Assembly: GCF_006345805.1 (NCBI RefSeq)
Contig: NC_043017.1
Coordinates: 10,974,001-11,038,000, forward strand
Length of the DNA: 64,000 nucleotides
Source of the DNA: Octopus sinensis
Lineage: Eukaryota
Direction of reading: 5' to 3'
Shown: positions 63,948 to 64,000 of the stretch, in pieces
Position numbering within the stretch: the stretch's first letter is position 1
Layout: each line of letters starts with the position of its first letter
Notes under the pieces: generated by a model
What the model was told of the DNA's origin: nothing
Seen by the model: only the letters and a program-made list of their open reading frames with translations
The model's database searches: none
Position numbers and translations under genes: made by a program

Positions 63948-64000
63948 ATAAAAAAACAAATCCAAAGTTTGTGGATAAGTTCCAACTCACGTGTAATGTC

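Noticed and set aside
59054-64000. HMCES first coding exon with the N-terminal MCGR catalytic Cys
   Set aside because: I found no convincing MCGR- or SYN-encoding exon on the minus strand; it presumably lies beyond the window.

Overview
AT-rich, microsatellite- and transposon-dense animal genomic DNA. The SINE and LINE content points to an octopus (inference). The main gene is HMCES (SRAP-domain abasic-site protector) on the minus strand. Seven coding exons (59051-58824, 36358-36150, 25857-25793, 24809-24726, 21852-21787, 19527-19418, 17332-17182) splice in frame through GT-AG introns to about 303 aa. The N-terminal MCGR exon lies beyond the right edge. A probable terminal exon of an unidentified convergent plus-strand gene lies at 1797-1910. 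The rest is tRNA-derived SINEs, RTE and CR1 LINE 3' ends, MITEs, Helitron-like elements, a mariner relic, a 3-kb 42-bp satellite and microsatellites. Best leads: (1) the conserved DNA-binding Arg of the SRAP N-x-R motif is encoded as AAG (Lys), one A-to-I edit from Arg; (2) tandemly amplified SUMO consensus motifs in HMCES; (3) an ~85-bp double-hairpin repeat array in a putative 3'UTR; (4) two hammerhead-ribozyme-like motifs; (5) a satellite that appears to derive from an RTE ORF end; (6) a repeat with an internal tRNA-like cloverleaf; (7) a SINE carrying a neighbouring insertion's junction. Repeat boundaries are approximate and family names come from recalled motifs, not database searches.
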